From Eledone cirrhosa (lineage: Eukaryota): 64,000 bases of DNA. This document shows positions 41,387 to 56,700 of this stretch, in pieces. The translations under genes were made by a program, and so were the position numbers. Every line of letters starts with the position of its first letter. Within the stretch, counting starts at the first letter, position 1. Under the pieces are notes generated by a model, which worked only from the letters and a program-made list of their open reading frames with translations, did no database searches and had not been told where the DNA came from. The DNA lies in assembly GCA_964016885.1 (NCBI GenBank), contig OZ024740.1, positions 103,664,001 through 103,728,000 of the forward strand, written 5' to 3'.

Positions 41387-44258
41387 ACATACATATGTGT
41401 ATCTATATATGTGTATGTATATATACATATGCATGTGTTTGTGTGTATGTATATATATATTATATATACATACACATATGTGTGTGGAGAGAAAGAGAGG
41501 TAGAAGATAGGGAGTAAGAAAAAGAAGTTGAATAAGAAAGCAGGAGATCATGCTGCAAGCAATAACACACAGATTTTAATAAAAGATAGAATATGTTATG
41601 TAAAATATATGTTGAAATATGGCAAGTATTGACTTAACAGTTTCGGGGGCAATAGCAAAGGTCAGGAGAGAAAAGACCCTCCTCTTTTACTTAACTTTAA
41701 AATATATATATGGTTGTGTGTTAGTATATATACAAGGTTTGAAGATTATTGTACAGATATCGAGATGTGTTACTTCCAATAAAACCATCTATGTACAAAA
41801 CCAGCCATGTGTGTGTATAAATAAATATATATATTAATTATTTTGATCAGTACATAAAATATCAATCATATTGTCTGGCAAATGCACAGGAGTACTAAAA
41901 ATAGTTCAACATAAAGTCCTTAAGCCAGCTTGATTATATTAGAATTTAAAAAGAAATTTAGGAGCATTAATTCAATATATATGGAAGGCATAAAGATTGT
42001 AATACTAAAGTGTTGGACTAATGACCACATAACACTGAGTTCAAATCTTACAACTATTGCTACCTTTTTATCTCTACTTGTGTTGACTATAGACAAGGCA
42101 CATAACTCTGCTTCAATGTTTTTACAAATTTGATAATTTGTATATGATAGGAGCAGTTATTTTTTCAAGGAGATGGAATTTTTATGTTTGTACAGCTGGA
42201 TTCCCTACTTAAGACCAAACATTTTGTAGAGTGTATTGGGTGCATATTATTATGGCACCAGCACTACCACTTATAGAGTATATAACAAATGCACCAGGTG
42301 CAGCTTGCTCTGATTTGCATGACCCTGATCCTTCATAGTGTATGCCTTTGCAGGGCAACCAATGAGATTTTGACAATGGTGAGGTGCCCAGAATAGGGTA
42401 TCTAACACTAACCAGCTCCACCTGACTTCTCTAGCAGAGTCCAGCAAAATCCAGCAATAGTGTCTGATACTTTAGGTAGTTGGTGGGTTTTTCTTTTCCA
42501 GGACAGATTCAAAATGGCATGCAGTATGTTCATATATGTGCATGCTTACATGGGTTGACCAAAAATAATATGAGATTTGAACACCCAACTAATATTATCT
42601 CTTGGTCTAAGATTGGGGTAGATAATGGTATGTATTTTTGCCACATGCATTTACATAAACATATTGATAGATGAAAATTTCCCCAAAATAATCAGGTTTA
42701 CTTGGGTGTCTGCAAAAGAATAGGAAACTGGGTGGTTGTCCAGGCCAGTCACAACAGGTACACACATTGCAACAAAGAAAGTGTGGCATTTATATTCCCA
42801 AATATCAGTCAAACTGAATTAAATAATGCTTAAAATCCACCTAGGCCTCACTAATCAATATAATAGATCCTTCACCAAAAGATTAGTACAAAAGATTTTT
42901 TATATTCAGTTAAATTTGTAGAAGTTTGTTTAACAAAGAATTAACAGCGATAAAAGGTCTGTAATATAAGAAATCCACCAAGATGTGACATCATAACATT
43001 TTCTGAAAAAGGCCAGTTTGTAAGGTTATTAATTCTGCAAGAGTAGCTAAGTTAGCAATATTTTCAAATGGGGAACACACGATATATGGTGGGAGATGGT
43101 CATCATATTAATATCCTAGAATCACTAGAAAGACTTTCATAATGTGCAATTGATGTTATTGTTTTTGTATTTACTTCTAAGACAGCCTGATTACTCCAGC
43201 TATGATCTTCATATTTTTTCCCTATGTACAAGGAACTCAGGACAGTATTTATATCCTGTGGTATTTATATCCTGTGTAGAAGTGAATTGTGGTAGAAATC
43301 AATTGTCATTGATGTTGTTTAGCTCTAAGTTAGGCTTGCTCAAGTAAACCTAGGATTAAAGATGTTCCAATCATTTTATATATCAAGGATTACCAATTTA
43401 ATTTCCTTTATTTAAGGTGTTAAGATGAGATTTGTGGAAAATTTGCCTGCTATTTCTAACAGGTTGAGCAACTGCACAAAGGCTGACTGCAGAAGTATGC
43501 TGTGGTAGGGTAAAGTAGTTGACTATAGTAGGTACACTATTAAACTGAGTACTTAGGCTTCACTGCTGTATGTTAAGAGATTTCAATTTTACTGAAATTT
43601 ATTTAGTATACCTGTAGAGTGTAGATAATATTAATAGTCATATATTAGTGGTGAAATCCTCTCTATATTAAAAATTGCCTTTTATTTGTTGTCTTTTGCT
43701 CCCAGTAATTCTGTCAGTTATTACATATTGGTTTCCTCCTTTCCTTTGAATTTCACTAGTGAGATCAAAACTATGCTTTCAAATGCTATGTAAAGCACTT
43801 AGGCCCATCACCAGGCTTTGCTGATTAGGTGGGCTTCAGAATATTCTAGGTGGGCATAATTCTAAGGTAGAGTTATGGAACAAGTATACCACCATACATT
43901 TTGTAAATCTGAGGGTAGCCCATTGAAAAATAATGGGGCATTGCCATTCAGGGTCCCCCATCCTCTGGCAGCAGGCCTCAAAGCACTGAAAGTAACTGTA
44001 GGAGTGACAATATGCTGAAGGTGTATAAACATAAACTGGTGATATAATGCCTTATAAAGTGATTTGTGGGTTTTTTTTTTATTATACATCACATCTCAAT
44101 GGATAATAAGAAAACTGTATTTGTAACTGTTTGAAAGATTAAGTGATATAATGGAATTTCCCAATGCCATACAGTAGTTGCTTGAGTGAACAGCTGTTTC
44201 TGTCTGGTTTAGCAGTGTAGAAAAGGTAGAAGGATTTAGAGACAGGACAATCACTCAC

Positions 44259-44360
44259 AGCAGGTTGGGCCATCTTTTGAACTAGTGGACATATTCACCA
44301 GACTAGCCATACACATTGTCCCTGTACTTTTGTCATCATGCATAAGATTTCCTTTCTTTG
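44259..44360 (-). CDS. Candidate CaMKII variable-linker exon (102 nt)
   Basis: Strong pyrimidine tract with CAAG acceptor and GTGAGT donor. Phase 1-1 and open: xKKGNLMHDDKSTGTMCMASLVNMSTSSKDGPTC. Confidence 0.6.
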
Positions 44361-47300
44361 CTTGAAACAAAGGAAAAAAGAGAAACAAAATAGACTAGAG
44401 GCATTGGTAAATGGCCTCAGGCCTCCATTGTCTTGGATTGACAAAGTAGACGAAACATTGGATTAGTTACTGACATAATAAAACAACATAATGGCAGTGA
44501 AGGGGTTTGGGTGATGTGTGGAGGTGTCAGAGATAGGGTCGTGTTCACCAGTTGTCACAATACTCTCACAACAAATGTTTGTGTACAATGTAGAAGAGTG
44601 ACAAGAACCACAGGTGACAAAACAATAATCATCAGAGCAACATCAAACATGGAACTGGAAGCTAAAAGGGTGGATGAAGGGTAGAAAATGTTCCAATGAG
44701 AAACTGAAAAGATTGGTATGAGCTGGAATATAATTTAATGTGAAATGATTTTAAAATTAAAAATACAAGTGTTTATAAATTCCACAAACCATTTTTGTAT
44801 ACATAATCTACATATTGGATTTTAATGGATTAAAACAAAACAATGAAAAAGTAATAAGTGGAATTATTTGGTTCAATATTTACTGAAATGAAGATGTAGA
44901 AATTAAACAAATTGCAATAATGAAACAAAAGAACAAAGATAAAGTTAATGAAAGACTAACTAATAATGTCAGTGTTGAATGTATTCAGTGGTTAATTAGT
45001 TTAACATTACATACAATCAACATAAAAAAACAGATTATTTCCACTGAAATCCACAAATAAATGCAGTTAAGCAGAGTGATGGTATTACTTTATACAGAAA
45101 GCTGTGGAATAAATCTGTTTTAAGGGTCTGAGAGAAAGTCAACATAAGCAAATCTACATCATACAGCATCTGTAGCATATCAGACATACTACACTATTTA
45201 CTACTGAGCAGCATCAAGCTGTAGACACACATACACAAAAAAAGGTTACCAATAAAAATATTATTGGTTCAAATTAACCAGTAGATGTCAAGGTGAGTTA
45301 GTAAACGAGTCTTTGTTGGAGAGATTTTTTTACTTTTACATAAAAATATAATCTTAACTTGGTTAGATATATGAAAGATAAGAAAATGATCATCTAAAAT
45401 ATATCTTTAGTTATTCAAAACCAAATATTACTTTAAAAAAATATTATTTAAAAAAAATTTTCAGAAATGTTTTATAATTTTTTTCTTTTTGGTTACTGCT
45501 TAATTAAGAATGGAAGAACAGGGCAGTGACCAAGACTGGTAAGAGGGGAAAACAAGATATTCTCAAATTGGACACCTGGCCTGAATACTTACAACAGAAT
45601 GAAATCTGCTAAAGGCATCGATCAGCTAGGTGGTGGTGTTAAACCAGGTGACAAGTTAAGTCTACCACATAAAATATATATAATGAATGAATGCAGCTTT
45701 TAAACCAGATTTTACTGCATGTTTCCAATTGAATGTCGACATATAATACAGTGAACTTAGAGCAAAATAATTTTATGAAGTTTATGTGATCCCGAATAAA
45801 AATATTTTGATAATTATAAATGCAAAGATTATTCTGATAATTTTAAAGTTCTTTAAACTACATGAGGTAGGTGAAGGTACATTCAAATACATTCAATAGA
45901 AAGAATGCAATGGAAGTCATGCACAAAACCCCGGGGAAAGTGATGAAGTAGTCATGCTAAAGATGAACAATTTTGACCTAATTCCAGAGATGCAACGGTT
46001 TATTTGTAGATTGAAATATCTGAACATGGTGCAGTTGTTGAAATAATTAACTACCATACATATATGAGTAGTAGTAGTAATTGTGGATTATCTCATGTCA
46101 ACTCATAGGTTGAGCAAACCTATGATCAAAAACATTCCAGTTATGACCATTATGTTTTGACCACATTATCCAACATGTCCAAATATTAGACAATAGGATG
46201 TGATTTGAAGGAGATTTGGCTATCTTTACAAGGTCAAGCATTCATGTAAATGCTCCATCATTGGCTCAAGGAATGAGTGGTAACAAAGGGTGGCCAAACA
46301 CATGGCAAGCAAAGTCTATAATATTGTCTTGATTCTTGGTTAGAGTAAATAACCATAAGCAGGATTGACTCTGAGGCATGTCTTGCTATATATATATATA
46401 TATACACACTCACGCACACAGGCATGCACACACACACATATATATATATAGAGCAAAGGTAAAACACGAAATATACAAAGTTCAATTGTAGAGAATTATT
46501 TATCATAAAAGGTACAAATTTAATTTCGGATACATTCTGCATCTATTTAATATATTGTTTATATATATGTAAACACATGCATTATTAGATTGTCCTATAA
46601 TTTTGATGTTTTATCCACAGGATGTTAATAACGATTAGAAAAAAAAAAATTTTTTAAATGCAAGTGCACCATACTATGATTTTTTTGTTGGAACAGACAT
46701 TTGTTAACTGTCTGTATTCTGAATTATTTGTTTTTGTAAGTGTTTGCTCAATGCAGCCCTAAAACTGCACGGATAAAGATAAATCCTTTTTCAAATCAAA
46801 TGTTTAAAAAAGAATGGAACAATAATGTAAGATGAAAAAGAGAAGGAAGTTAGAAAATGAACAGAGATCAGGAATGTTATACAAAATACATCATGTAGAA
46901 GTATATTGTAAAATAAAAGGAGGAAAAGAGGAATGTTATGAAAGGAAAGAGTAGGTGGTGGTTGATCAATTGGTGATTGATTTCTATTTACAACATTAAT
47001 TAGCATTGTTCATTTGGAATAGAAATAACAATCTGATAAAGATTGTTTCATGTCAGAAAGGAATCTTGGACATTAGTACAATTAAAAATATTTTCTGAAT
47101 AGTTGCATATGAAATTTCTAAAATACACTAAATATATGCTAGCTGTAACCAGTAGATAATGTATAGCTATGTCTGTTGAATTCATATAGTTAAGTAGGGC
47201 TCTATTATTATTATTATTATTATATAAGAAAATGTATGACCCCTACAGCAGAGCTCAAGCCATTTCGACGGCTATTTCTGTCCAGAAATAGCCGTCGAAA

Positions 47301-47397
47301 CAGCTTGAGCTCTGCCGTCGGGGTCAAACATTTCCCTATTACCCTAAGTTTGAGTACACTGGTGCGTTATATCCATCTGGTTCCTTACCACAACTCC

Positions 47398-47465
<68 letters not shown>

Positions 47466-47634
47466 CACCAAGCCCTTCATCAAACAATCTGGAACTAGCA
47501 GTTGAAATGGCAAGAGTTCAGCCATTGGGTCCTGACTCTTTATAATATAATCATACTTTACTATTTCAAGTATTGAGTACTCTGTTGAGTAATGGTCTAA
47601 CCAATTTCAAACTGATTTCATGCTGATATGTATA

Positions 47635-48096
47635 TAATAATAATAATGAAATTATTGTGTACAGTGCTCAGGTGCACTACAACTCATCAAAGGTGCATGT
47701 ATTGTACATAGAATAATGTACAAATGTCAGGAAAATGAACAGTGTATGAGTCATGATATAATAATAATAATAATAATGAAATATTGTGTACAGTGCTCAG
47801 GTGCACCACAACTCATCAAAAGTGTATGTATAGTACATAGGGCAATGCACAAACATCAGTAAAATGAACAGTGCACAAGTCATGATACACACATGTGTGC
47901 ATGTGTATGGAAGGGGTACATCAGGTGTAGTTTTGGCGTATTTCGGGAAGCATGAGTGTCTTAAAGGATGCAGTGTCTCGGCAGCTAACAACTGATACAG
48001 GCAGTTTGTTCCATGCTTCAGCAACTCTGAGCATGAAAAAATGTCTACGAAAGTCATGGGAGCTGTGCTGTTTTCTGATTTTGTAGGCATGTCCCT
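47635..48096 (-). mobile_element. CR1/L2-group LINE 3' fragment with a tandemly duplicated 3' end
   Basis: Homologous to 16282-16600; the terminal ~125 bp and (ATT)n tail occur twice. Confidence 0.88.
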
Positions 48097-51000
48097 TAAT
48101 ATATATATTGATAATACATTAAGGGACTCATGTTGCAGAGTGCTTTACATCTGTTTACACTACAGTTGGTCAATTAATTGATCAACCAATGTTTCTTTAC
48201 TTGACTTGAATTATATATATATATATATATAGTTATATCCAAACACTTCATAAATTTAAAGAGCCCTTAATGATAGTATATAAATAAATAAATAGATGAG
48301 TGTGTTGAAACGTTTTGGTAATCCTTCAAGGCTAGTTATCAATAACTCTCAATTACTAATAACTTTTTATTAACCCTAAACTGAGATCAGTTAGTAGCAA
48401 AGTGGGAAACAATGTAAAGAATTACTCCTATAGATCCAATGTGGTTTTATAAGAAGTTGTGAAAAAATAATAAAATATTAGTTATTTAGAATTAGTGGTA
48501 CAGGAAAGGAGAGAAGTAAAAGGAAAAAAAAGAAATAATCATATATACATACACACTGTCATACACACAGTAAGTAAATATTATATATATACTATGTATC
48601 TCATCGTTATTGCAATCATTTTAACTAGTAAGACTGGAGTAGGATTCTATACTTGATGTGATATATATAACTATATATTTTACCAACTTGTTGAAAAAAG
48701 TGGAATATACAATATTCTTAACGTTTGTGTTCTTGAATTGAACTGTGACCAGATAAATATTTAAACATCAGCTTCAGCAAGGAAATATTATGATTTATAT
48801 TTGGCCTTGCATCTGAGGGAGGAGATTTGAAATCTCATTTACAGATTGCAACCTTTATATTTTACATAGTTTTCTAATATAACCGTGTGTGTGTGACATG
48901 ATTATTAACAAATGGTATGAGAGCTCTATCTCATTAGATGAGCTATCAGATGAAACATATGTAAACAGAAAGGCCTGAGAATTACTGAAGAGATAAAGAA
49001 ATATATCTCAATGTAATTGGTGATGAGTAAATTGATTTGTTCAAGTATGAAACCAGACGGTAGCCAATATAATTAAGTGTAATATCAATATCATATGTGT
49101 GTGTATAAATATATATATATATAAAACTTCTACAAGATAAAAATGAAGTATATTTCTTTTATATCATTATCATACATTAATGGTTGACTCTTTCTCTCTA
49201 TTAATTTACTCTATAGACTTGTATTGCATTTCCAAATAATTAATAATTTTATGAATATTTGTTGACCACTTTTGGTAAAATGACTCCTTTAAAACTAATT
49301 GTGATGTACCTTATGGAATACACACAAGTATTATTACTGAGTATACATACTCTGAGAAAGTACCTTTTCCTTCTGTCTATAAAGAGATCTTAAAATAAAT
49401 GGTCAGTTGAATTTGCATAATGTGTCTTCATTCGGCAGTGTAATTAAGTAGATACTGAATAATTATGCACAACACAGATACATTTTAATATAGGTATAAC
49501 TACAGTTTTTAAATTATAAGCTTCGCTGTGAAAAGGAAAAATGTAAACACACTTTATTTTTACATTTGTACACAAATATTTATCAATTAATTACTTACAT
49601 TACCAAACAAATGCATGTTGTATATATTTCAGTTCTGGTTTATAGGAGGCAATTATTTTTAAAGCTATTGATGAAATGTAAAAATAACATATGTTCTTCT
49701 GTGTTTAAAAGAATATGAAGGTGTGTTTACTCTTATTCCTTTCCACAGTGAGTCTTATAATTAAAAACTGAAGTTATACCTACATTAAAATGTATCATTC
49801 ACTCATACATGTGTGTATTTATGAAGGCATACATACTTTCACACACACACAAAGACATGCTTAAAATAAACTATGTCACCTAATTCAATGACACTACTTC
49901 ATCAGTAATGCCATCACATGAATGTCATCATCATTTAAAACAGAAATCATTGAGTGAAAGGGTATTATAAAGGATGAGTACCAAGATGGATGTGTTTGAA
50001 AGTGAATTTCCGTTAGGAGAGCAAGACAAAAAAAAAAATGTTCAGCACAATAGTGCTTGGCAGTCAACAGACATGTTTATAGAGAAATTGAGGGTGAAAG
50101 GGCCATTCCAACTAGAATGGTAAAATAAGGATGTGAAGTGAAATCTCCAAGACACAAATACTAATCTAGCAAGCTAGTTAAAGGATGGAATAATAACATA
50201 ACAAAAGAAGAAAACAAAAAGAAAAGAACACCACAAAGGAACCAAGTTTGAAGCAGTCACTACTGTTTGTAATGAGAATTGAACTAGTACAAAACATTTT
50301 TGAAGATCTCAGTCTATTAAATGTTAAGCTAGAGAATTTGATTAAAACAAAGTCATATATATATTTATTCATTTATTAATTAATATTTTTGTTAATTTAT
50401 TCAAGGGAAGAGAGCAGCTTGAACATCTCCAGGACAAATGTAGCCAAGGAGAAAACTGAATTAAATCTAATTGTTTACAACAGAATGAACTAAAGTACTG
50501 AAGAACTAGACAGTGGTGTTGACTCTTTTGATACCAAACTGCCCCCAGTTCTACAATAGAAATTTTTATTTTAAAGTGTTTGTATTTATCTAAAAACTTT
50601 TCATAATCTATATTATGTTCCAAACACTAGTTTAACAATGAAAAAGTTAGTTATATTACTAGATCCTTCAGAATTTTTGATTATTATTTTCAAAATGACT
50701 TGAAAATCATACTCAGTGTCTTTCATTAGAAATATAGCATTTATCAACGTTCAACTTAATCTCTCCTATCCAACATAAACGTTTCACATCCAATCTATAA
50801 AATTTCTATAATTCACAGCAGCTTCTTTTAATTGTAATACTCCAAGAAAATATATTAAAGGAGTTTGTTATCAATACCAAAAGTACAAATAGTATTTTTC
50901 CAGCATGCTGTGGTCGTGTGTTTTGTCACAAAACCAAACAATGTTTTTTCTTGCAATCTCATGACTAATCTGCTATCCTTCATCTATGGCTAAACTTTAT

Positions 51001-51726
51001 CATATCTATCATCAAGAAAATTTCTAGAAGTATCTGCAACAGATTCTTATATTTTTCATCAAACGAATTAAGAAAGATATTTATTTCAGTGAGCTCTAAA
51101 GAAATTAGCTATATTAAAGGGAATTCTAATTTGGTAACAACTCATTAGCAGATAAAGAGAATTTGGCAGGTTTTGTTTTAATGTTTTGTACAAGTCAAAC
51201 TTTGGTGGGGGAACTCTATGGAACATCAAATCATGCCATATAGTTGGAGAAATAAAAAGAGAAATAGTTGTCACATAACTAACAAAATATGATAAACAGC
51301 ATTATCTACATTATCAACATTATCCTTATTGGTTTACATCAAAATCAAACAACTGTCCATTGGTTGGCATCTTCAATATTATAATTATGCTAATAGGAGT
51401 TAACTTTGCCATTCAACCCCCTAGGCTTAATTAATTAGTTCCAAACATGCATTTATTATTATTATCATCATTGTTAACAATATCATCATGATTATCTTTA
51501 AGTCTCCTCAACTTGCAGTATGAACATATGTTACTACATGCAAATTAATAAGCTAATAAGCAACAACTATGAATACATGTGTGTGTGTATTTCTATCTAT
51601 CTACCTATATATATATATAACAACAACACACATATATAATGAATAAATAGCTACATGAATGGGTATGTAATTAAGCAAAAAGAAATACTAAATAAGGTGA
51701 AGGAGAGTAGAGTAAGAGTCATTCAC

Positions 51727-51780
51727 ATTCAGAGTTGAAATCTTGGGAATTGTCACTTAGAGTTTCCCCATTTCCACTTG
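51727..51780 (-). CDS. Candidate CaMKII linker exon (54 nt)
   Basis: AAG acceptor and weak GTGAAT donor. Phase 1-1 and open: xSGNGETLSDNSQDFNSE. Confidence 0.35.
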
Positions 51781-52559
51781 CTTTGTGAAAGAAATTTCAA
51801 AAAGTGGTTATTGGCATTATTTGTCCAGCTAGGGAAGATTAAGGCAAACACAGATGTTCTGTGTTTGATATAAGCATCACATTACAAACACTGAAGCAAC
51901 ACCACATTATAAACATTCAGAATACTACTTTAGTCAGTCAAACTATTGATAACAGGGGAAGCACACTGTTGCAGTAAAAAAATAATAGATATAATAGATG
52001 CATATTTATATTTCTTTAACTTAGAGAAAGTACATGGTGGATATCTTTGATTCACTTTCAAATACCTTATTTGTCTGTATTTATACTTAGATTTAAAAAC
52101 AATAAACATTCAATTGTTTTGATTCAATTCTAAATAAATCCCAAAAGTTTAATGTGAATATACATACACACATGGTGGCTGCAACTCGATTTCGAGCAAT
52201 GCCATTGCTTGATACTTAAGCATGAGCATCATGGATGTGGCTTTTTAGTCCTGCTAGGGACTTGCCTATGGCCAGCAATACCATGCATCACAAAAAATGT
52301 CTCATATCAAGTGATGCCTGAGCTTGAAGCTTTTTTAAGTGAGGAAAGGCTTTACACAGGGCCAATCCCACTCTCTGAACATCAAAAGCATTTGCCCAAA
52401 AAGTTGGATGCAAATAAAGTCACAGGTTTTATATCAGAGTGACCTTCTCCTAGAGAAATGTTTTAATGAAGACTAGGAGTCTCTCGCTCCAAATATATAT
52501 ATATATATCATCATCATCTTCGTTTAACGTCCACTTTCCACACTAGCATGGGTTAGACC

Positions 52560-52592
<33 letters not shown>

Positions 52593-52710
52593 TACATACA
52601 TACACACATGAAATAATAATGAAAATTATTGTGTAGTGCTCTGGTGCACTACACACAGATATATGTACATATATATCTACATACATATATAATATATATA
52701 ATATACACAT

Positions 52711-53055
52711 GGAGGCACATGGCTTAGTGGTTAGAGCATTGGCCTTGCAATCAAAAGGTTGTGAGTTCAATTCTCAGACCGGGTGATGCGTTGTTTCTTT
52801 GAGCAAGACACTTTATTTCACATTGCTCCAGTTTACTCAGCTGTAGAAATGAGATGATAGGGATTGGGGTCCCTATCATTCCACTGCAAAGTGGTCGTGG
52901 AGGTGCCACGGTAAAAAAGCACTCAGCACTCACTGTAAATGAGGTTGGTGTTAGGAAAGGCATCCAGCTGTAGAAATCAAGCCAGAATCAGTTGCCGTCC
53001 CACCCTTGCAAGCAGGGAAAAGCGGACGTAAAAATGAAATGATGAAAATGATGAT
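52711..53055 (+). mobile_element. SINE family 1, full length
   Basis: Near-identical to 32620-32966. Confidence 0.92.
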
Positions 53056-53701
53056 ACACACACATATGTTGAGTGTGTATATTCAAATACAAATTTCTAC
53101 TAGTGAAGATTAAAAACTGCTATAAAGAACTGATGTAATGTAGGCAGCATAAAGTTAGTAAAAGATGCTTGAAGCCCAGTTCATCACCAGCTGACTACTG
53201 ACTAAATGTTAAAAACAATGGATAATTCTGTTGACATCATGTAGATTGTTAGAAATGTGACAGAATAATCAACAAAAGAATCTAGATTCAGAACCAAGGC
53301 TTGCATTTTCTTATAAACTACTCAATTCTAACAAGTCAAACTTTGAACCATGATCATAATAATTGTTTCTACTTTTGGCACAAGGCCAGCAATTACCCAG
53401 TGCATTACTGGTACTTTATTTTATCGACCCCGATTTTATCAACCATGATCATAATAATGGTAGCAAAGCAGCAGCAGTACTATTAGTAAGTTTGTATAAA
53501 TATTTACAGAGATATACGCATGCACATGATGCACCAGTTAGTGTGCATGTGTGTGTCTGTATAAATATCTATAAGTCTCTCTCACTATATACATGTATGA
53601 ATGTGCGTGTATATGTATATATATATATATACACATATATATAAATATACATACACACACATACATACATACAAGTATATATGTTCACAGAATTTACCTA
53701 C

Positions 53702-53779
53702 CTGACGTTCCTAACCAGCATTGTCTGCTCAGAAGATCCTGCTCTGTAGAACAGCGAGAGTTCGTCTTGGAAAACGAAA
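53702..53779 (-). CDS. Candidate CaMKII variable-linker exon (78 nt)
   Basis: CTTAG acceptor and CAG|GTAGGT donor. Phase 1-1 and open: xSFSKTNSRCSTEQDLLSRQCWLGTS. GC-richer than its flanks. Confidence 0.6.
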
Positions 53780-56700
53780 CTAAGCCATAGAGAAGGTGGT
53801 GGGAAGAAGAGTAGTAGTAGTAGTAGCAATAGTAGAAAATAACAGAGGAAAACAGAAAGGAGAAGACATAAAAGTCAAGAAAAGAAAAAAAAAATTGACA
53901 TTAAAATTGAGAATTCCCAACTATGAAAAAAAGATTCCAAATTGAGATAGTTTTAAAGGATAATTTAGTGGAATGGTTTAATGATTGGGACACATAAAAG
54001 GCTGTGTGTATATTGGTGGTATAAGGCAACATAGGATAATAGAGCACACATAATAATACATAGTAAATCATTATAACACAGTTTTTAGTGAAAATATCAC
54101 AAAACTGAAAGAAAATATAATAGAAAGGTTGACAATCTAACTCACTGTTGGTTATATCAAAGAAAATATAAAGAATTCTTCAAAGATTCTTTGTGATATC
54201 TTGTTAGTTTTCTCATTCACTTCTTATCCTATTTCAATTTCTTTTGAACTCTCTAATCGTGAAAATTATTTTTGGTATCACCACCATCATCATCACCATT
54301 ATTACTATTATCATTATTATTGTTGTTGTTGTTTGGCAGAAACATCAGAAAAATGCTTTGCAGTATTTTTTCTGGCTTTGTACCTTCTGAGTTTAAAATT
54401 CTACTAAGGCCTGTCATCTTTCTAGGGTGGATAAAATAAAGTGCCAGTCAAGTACTGGGGTTGATATGATCAATTACTCCCCACATCCTACAAATTACCA
54501 TAGATTGCTTGGTGATAGGAAGGACAACCCTTACTAGCAGGAAAAGCAGATGTTAAACGATGATGATGATGATGATGATAATAATGGCACTGATGATGGT
54601 TATGATGATGATGGCACTGATGATGGTGATGCTGCTTGCATAAGCACAGATTCACACATAATGGAAAGAAGGAAGTAGAGTCAACTGAATTATCACAAAT
54701 ATGCTACTGGTACTGTATAGAATAGAGCAAGATTTGAGATTGGAACATAAAAAATGTAACTAAGCATTTCATTTAGTGCATTACTGATTTAGCCATACTC
54801 CACTTTACTAATGTGAGTAATAAGGATTTCTTAAGTATTATTAAAATACCTCCTGGAGCTATTTGTTTTGGATCATTTCAATCTGCATTTAAATCTTGCA
54901 AAAATCAACTTTGCTTTCCAGTATTCATGAAATATGTACCAGTTAGGTACTGGGGTAAATTTAATCGACTTTCCCCAAATCCTGAATAGCTGGTTTTCTG
55001 CTCAAATGCTCAAATCAGAAACCACAATAATAAATATTATATTAATGATAATGATTTCTAATAAGACCACAAATATGTTGGTGTGAGCTAAGGGGGGATT
55101 AATCAGTTGACCAAATTAACCCTAAATTTTATCAACTTTGGAAGGATGAAGAGCAAAGTTGTCCTCAGCATGTTTTGACCTCAGAATGCAAGAAAACTAA
55201 CAATAATAATTACCAACAAAGATTCAAGGTCCCAAATAAAATTTTGAGAGTTATGGGGTTGATAGAATAAATTGAGTAAAAGTATCTAACTAAATAAGGC
55301 ATTTAATCCAGTTCTCAACCAATTCTGTCATCCACCATCCTCAATAATATTCACAATAGTAACTGTAAATGGTAAAGGCTTAGTGTTTAGGGTCTCACAA
55401 CTTTAAGTCATGAGTTTGATTTCCAGTAGAGTGTTGAATCCTTGAGCAAAATACTTAATATCATGCTGCTCCAGTCTACTCAACTGGAAAAAATGAGTTG
55501 TACTTTTAATTCAAAGAGTCTGCCTCGTCACATACTGTGTCACACTAAAACTTCCTGAAAACTATGCTAATAGTGCACGTATCTGTGGAATACTCTGCTA
55601 CTTGCACATTATTTTCATGAGCAGGCTATTTGATTGCTTGAACAACTGAAACACTGGTCAGTGAAACTAACTGAGATCCAGCAACAACAACAATCTGCTA
55701 GTGAGCTATTATCAAATGAGCAACTTATGCATTGATAGAAGAGAAAGGTATTCAGTGAAGAAGATGCTAATTACAACAAATATAACTTATTCCATTGCAT
55801 TATCTCCCAATGTGGATTCCATGAAAACATTCTGGGATTCCACAAAATTTAACAAAAATTTGTTCTTTTTGTCTTTTTCTTATTTTATATATGAATAAAT
55901 TCTTTTGCTAAAACAATGTGTTTAATTAAATGTTTTAAAAAAAAAATAATTAGGGTAGCAAGTATAGTCTGTAAAATATAGTTAAAGGTTCTGTGACTTT
56001 AGAAAATTGTTTAAGGTTTCTAAGACAAAATAAGTTTTGCTATAAGAGACTAATAAGACAGAGTTTATAGGTGTTGAATTAGAGGTAAGGAACTAAATAG
56101 TGAAAGGAGGGGTGGAAATAAATATAAACAACTACAAATATGAAGGCTGAATGCTCTCATAAATATATTTAGCAGGGTACAAAATGAAATTTTGCCATGC
56201 AACAAGATGAACTGAAAAAAAACACTATAAGAGGCAGATGTGTTATCTTTATAGTTAGATCTGTTGTGAGAAAAAGTAGGGGTAATAGCCTATAAGTACA
56301 CACACACACACACTCTTGCCAAGTTTAACATTGCCTTTCATTCTATCAGGGCTGATAAATAAAATCCAAGGCCAGTACTGGGGTTGATTTTTCTCCCTTT
56401 CTTTTCAGATGTTATAAGATAAAACCCAAATGTTAATGGTACTAATTGTTTTAGATGAGTGGACTTGAGTGATGTGAAATGAATTGCTTTAACATGGCAT
56501 AAAACTTTTTTTTTCCAAAATAGACTTGTTCCAACAATTCAGATGCAAATGTATACATTTACATATCTAATCTAGCATGAAGAAAAGTAGCTGCAAAATC
56601 TTGAAAAAGCAATATTAACAGGGGTGATCACCACTTTAGTATATAAAACCTAAATCTAGAGTCTGCACTGCTAAAACTGATAGAAAAGTTAGTAGGAAAA

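Noticed and set aside
43862-44092. ORF containing APLFFNGLPSDLQN
   Set aside because: Resembles a decayed LINE C-terminus; too short to support.
48800-48975. GAAAC-ATAT-GTA half hammerhead with nearby hairpins
   Set aside because: No recognisable CUGANGA in the right position.
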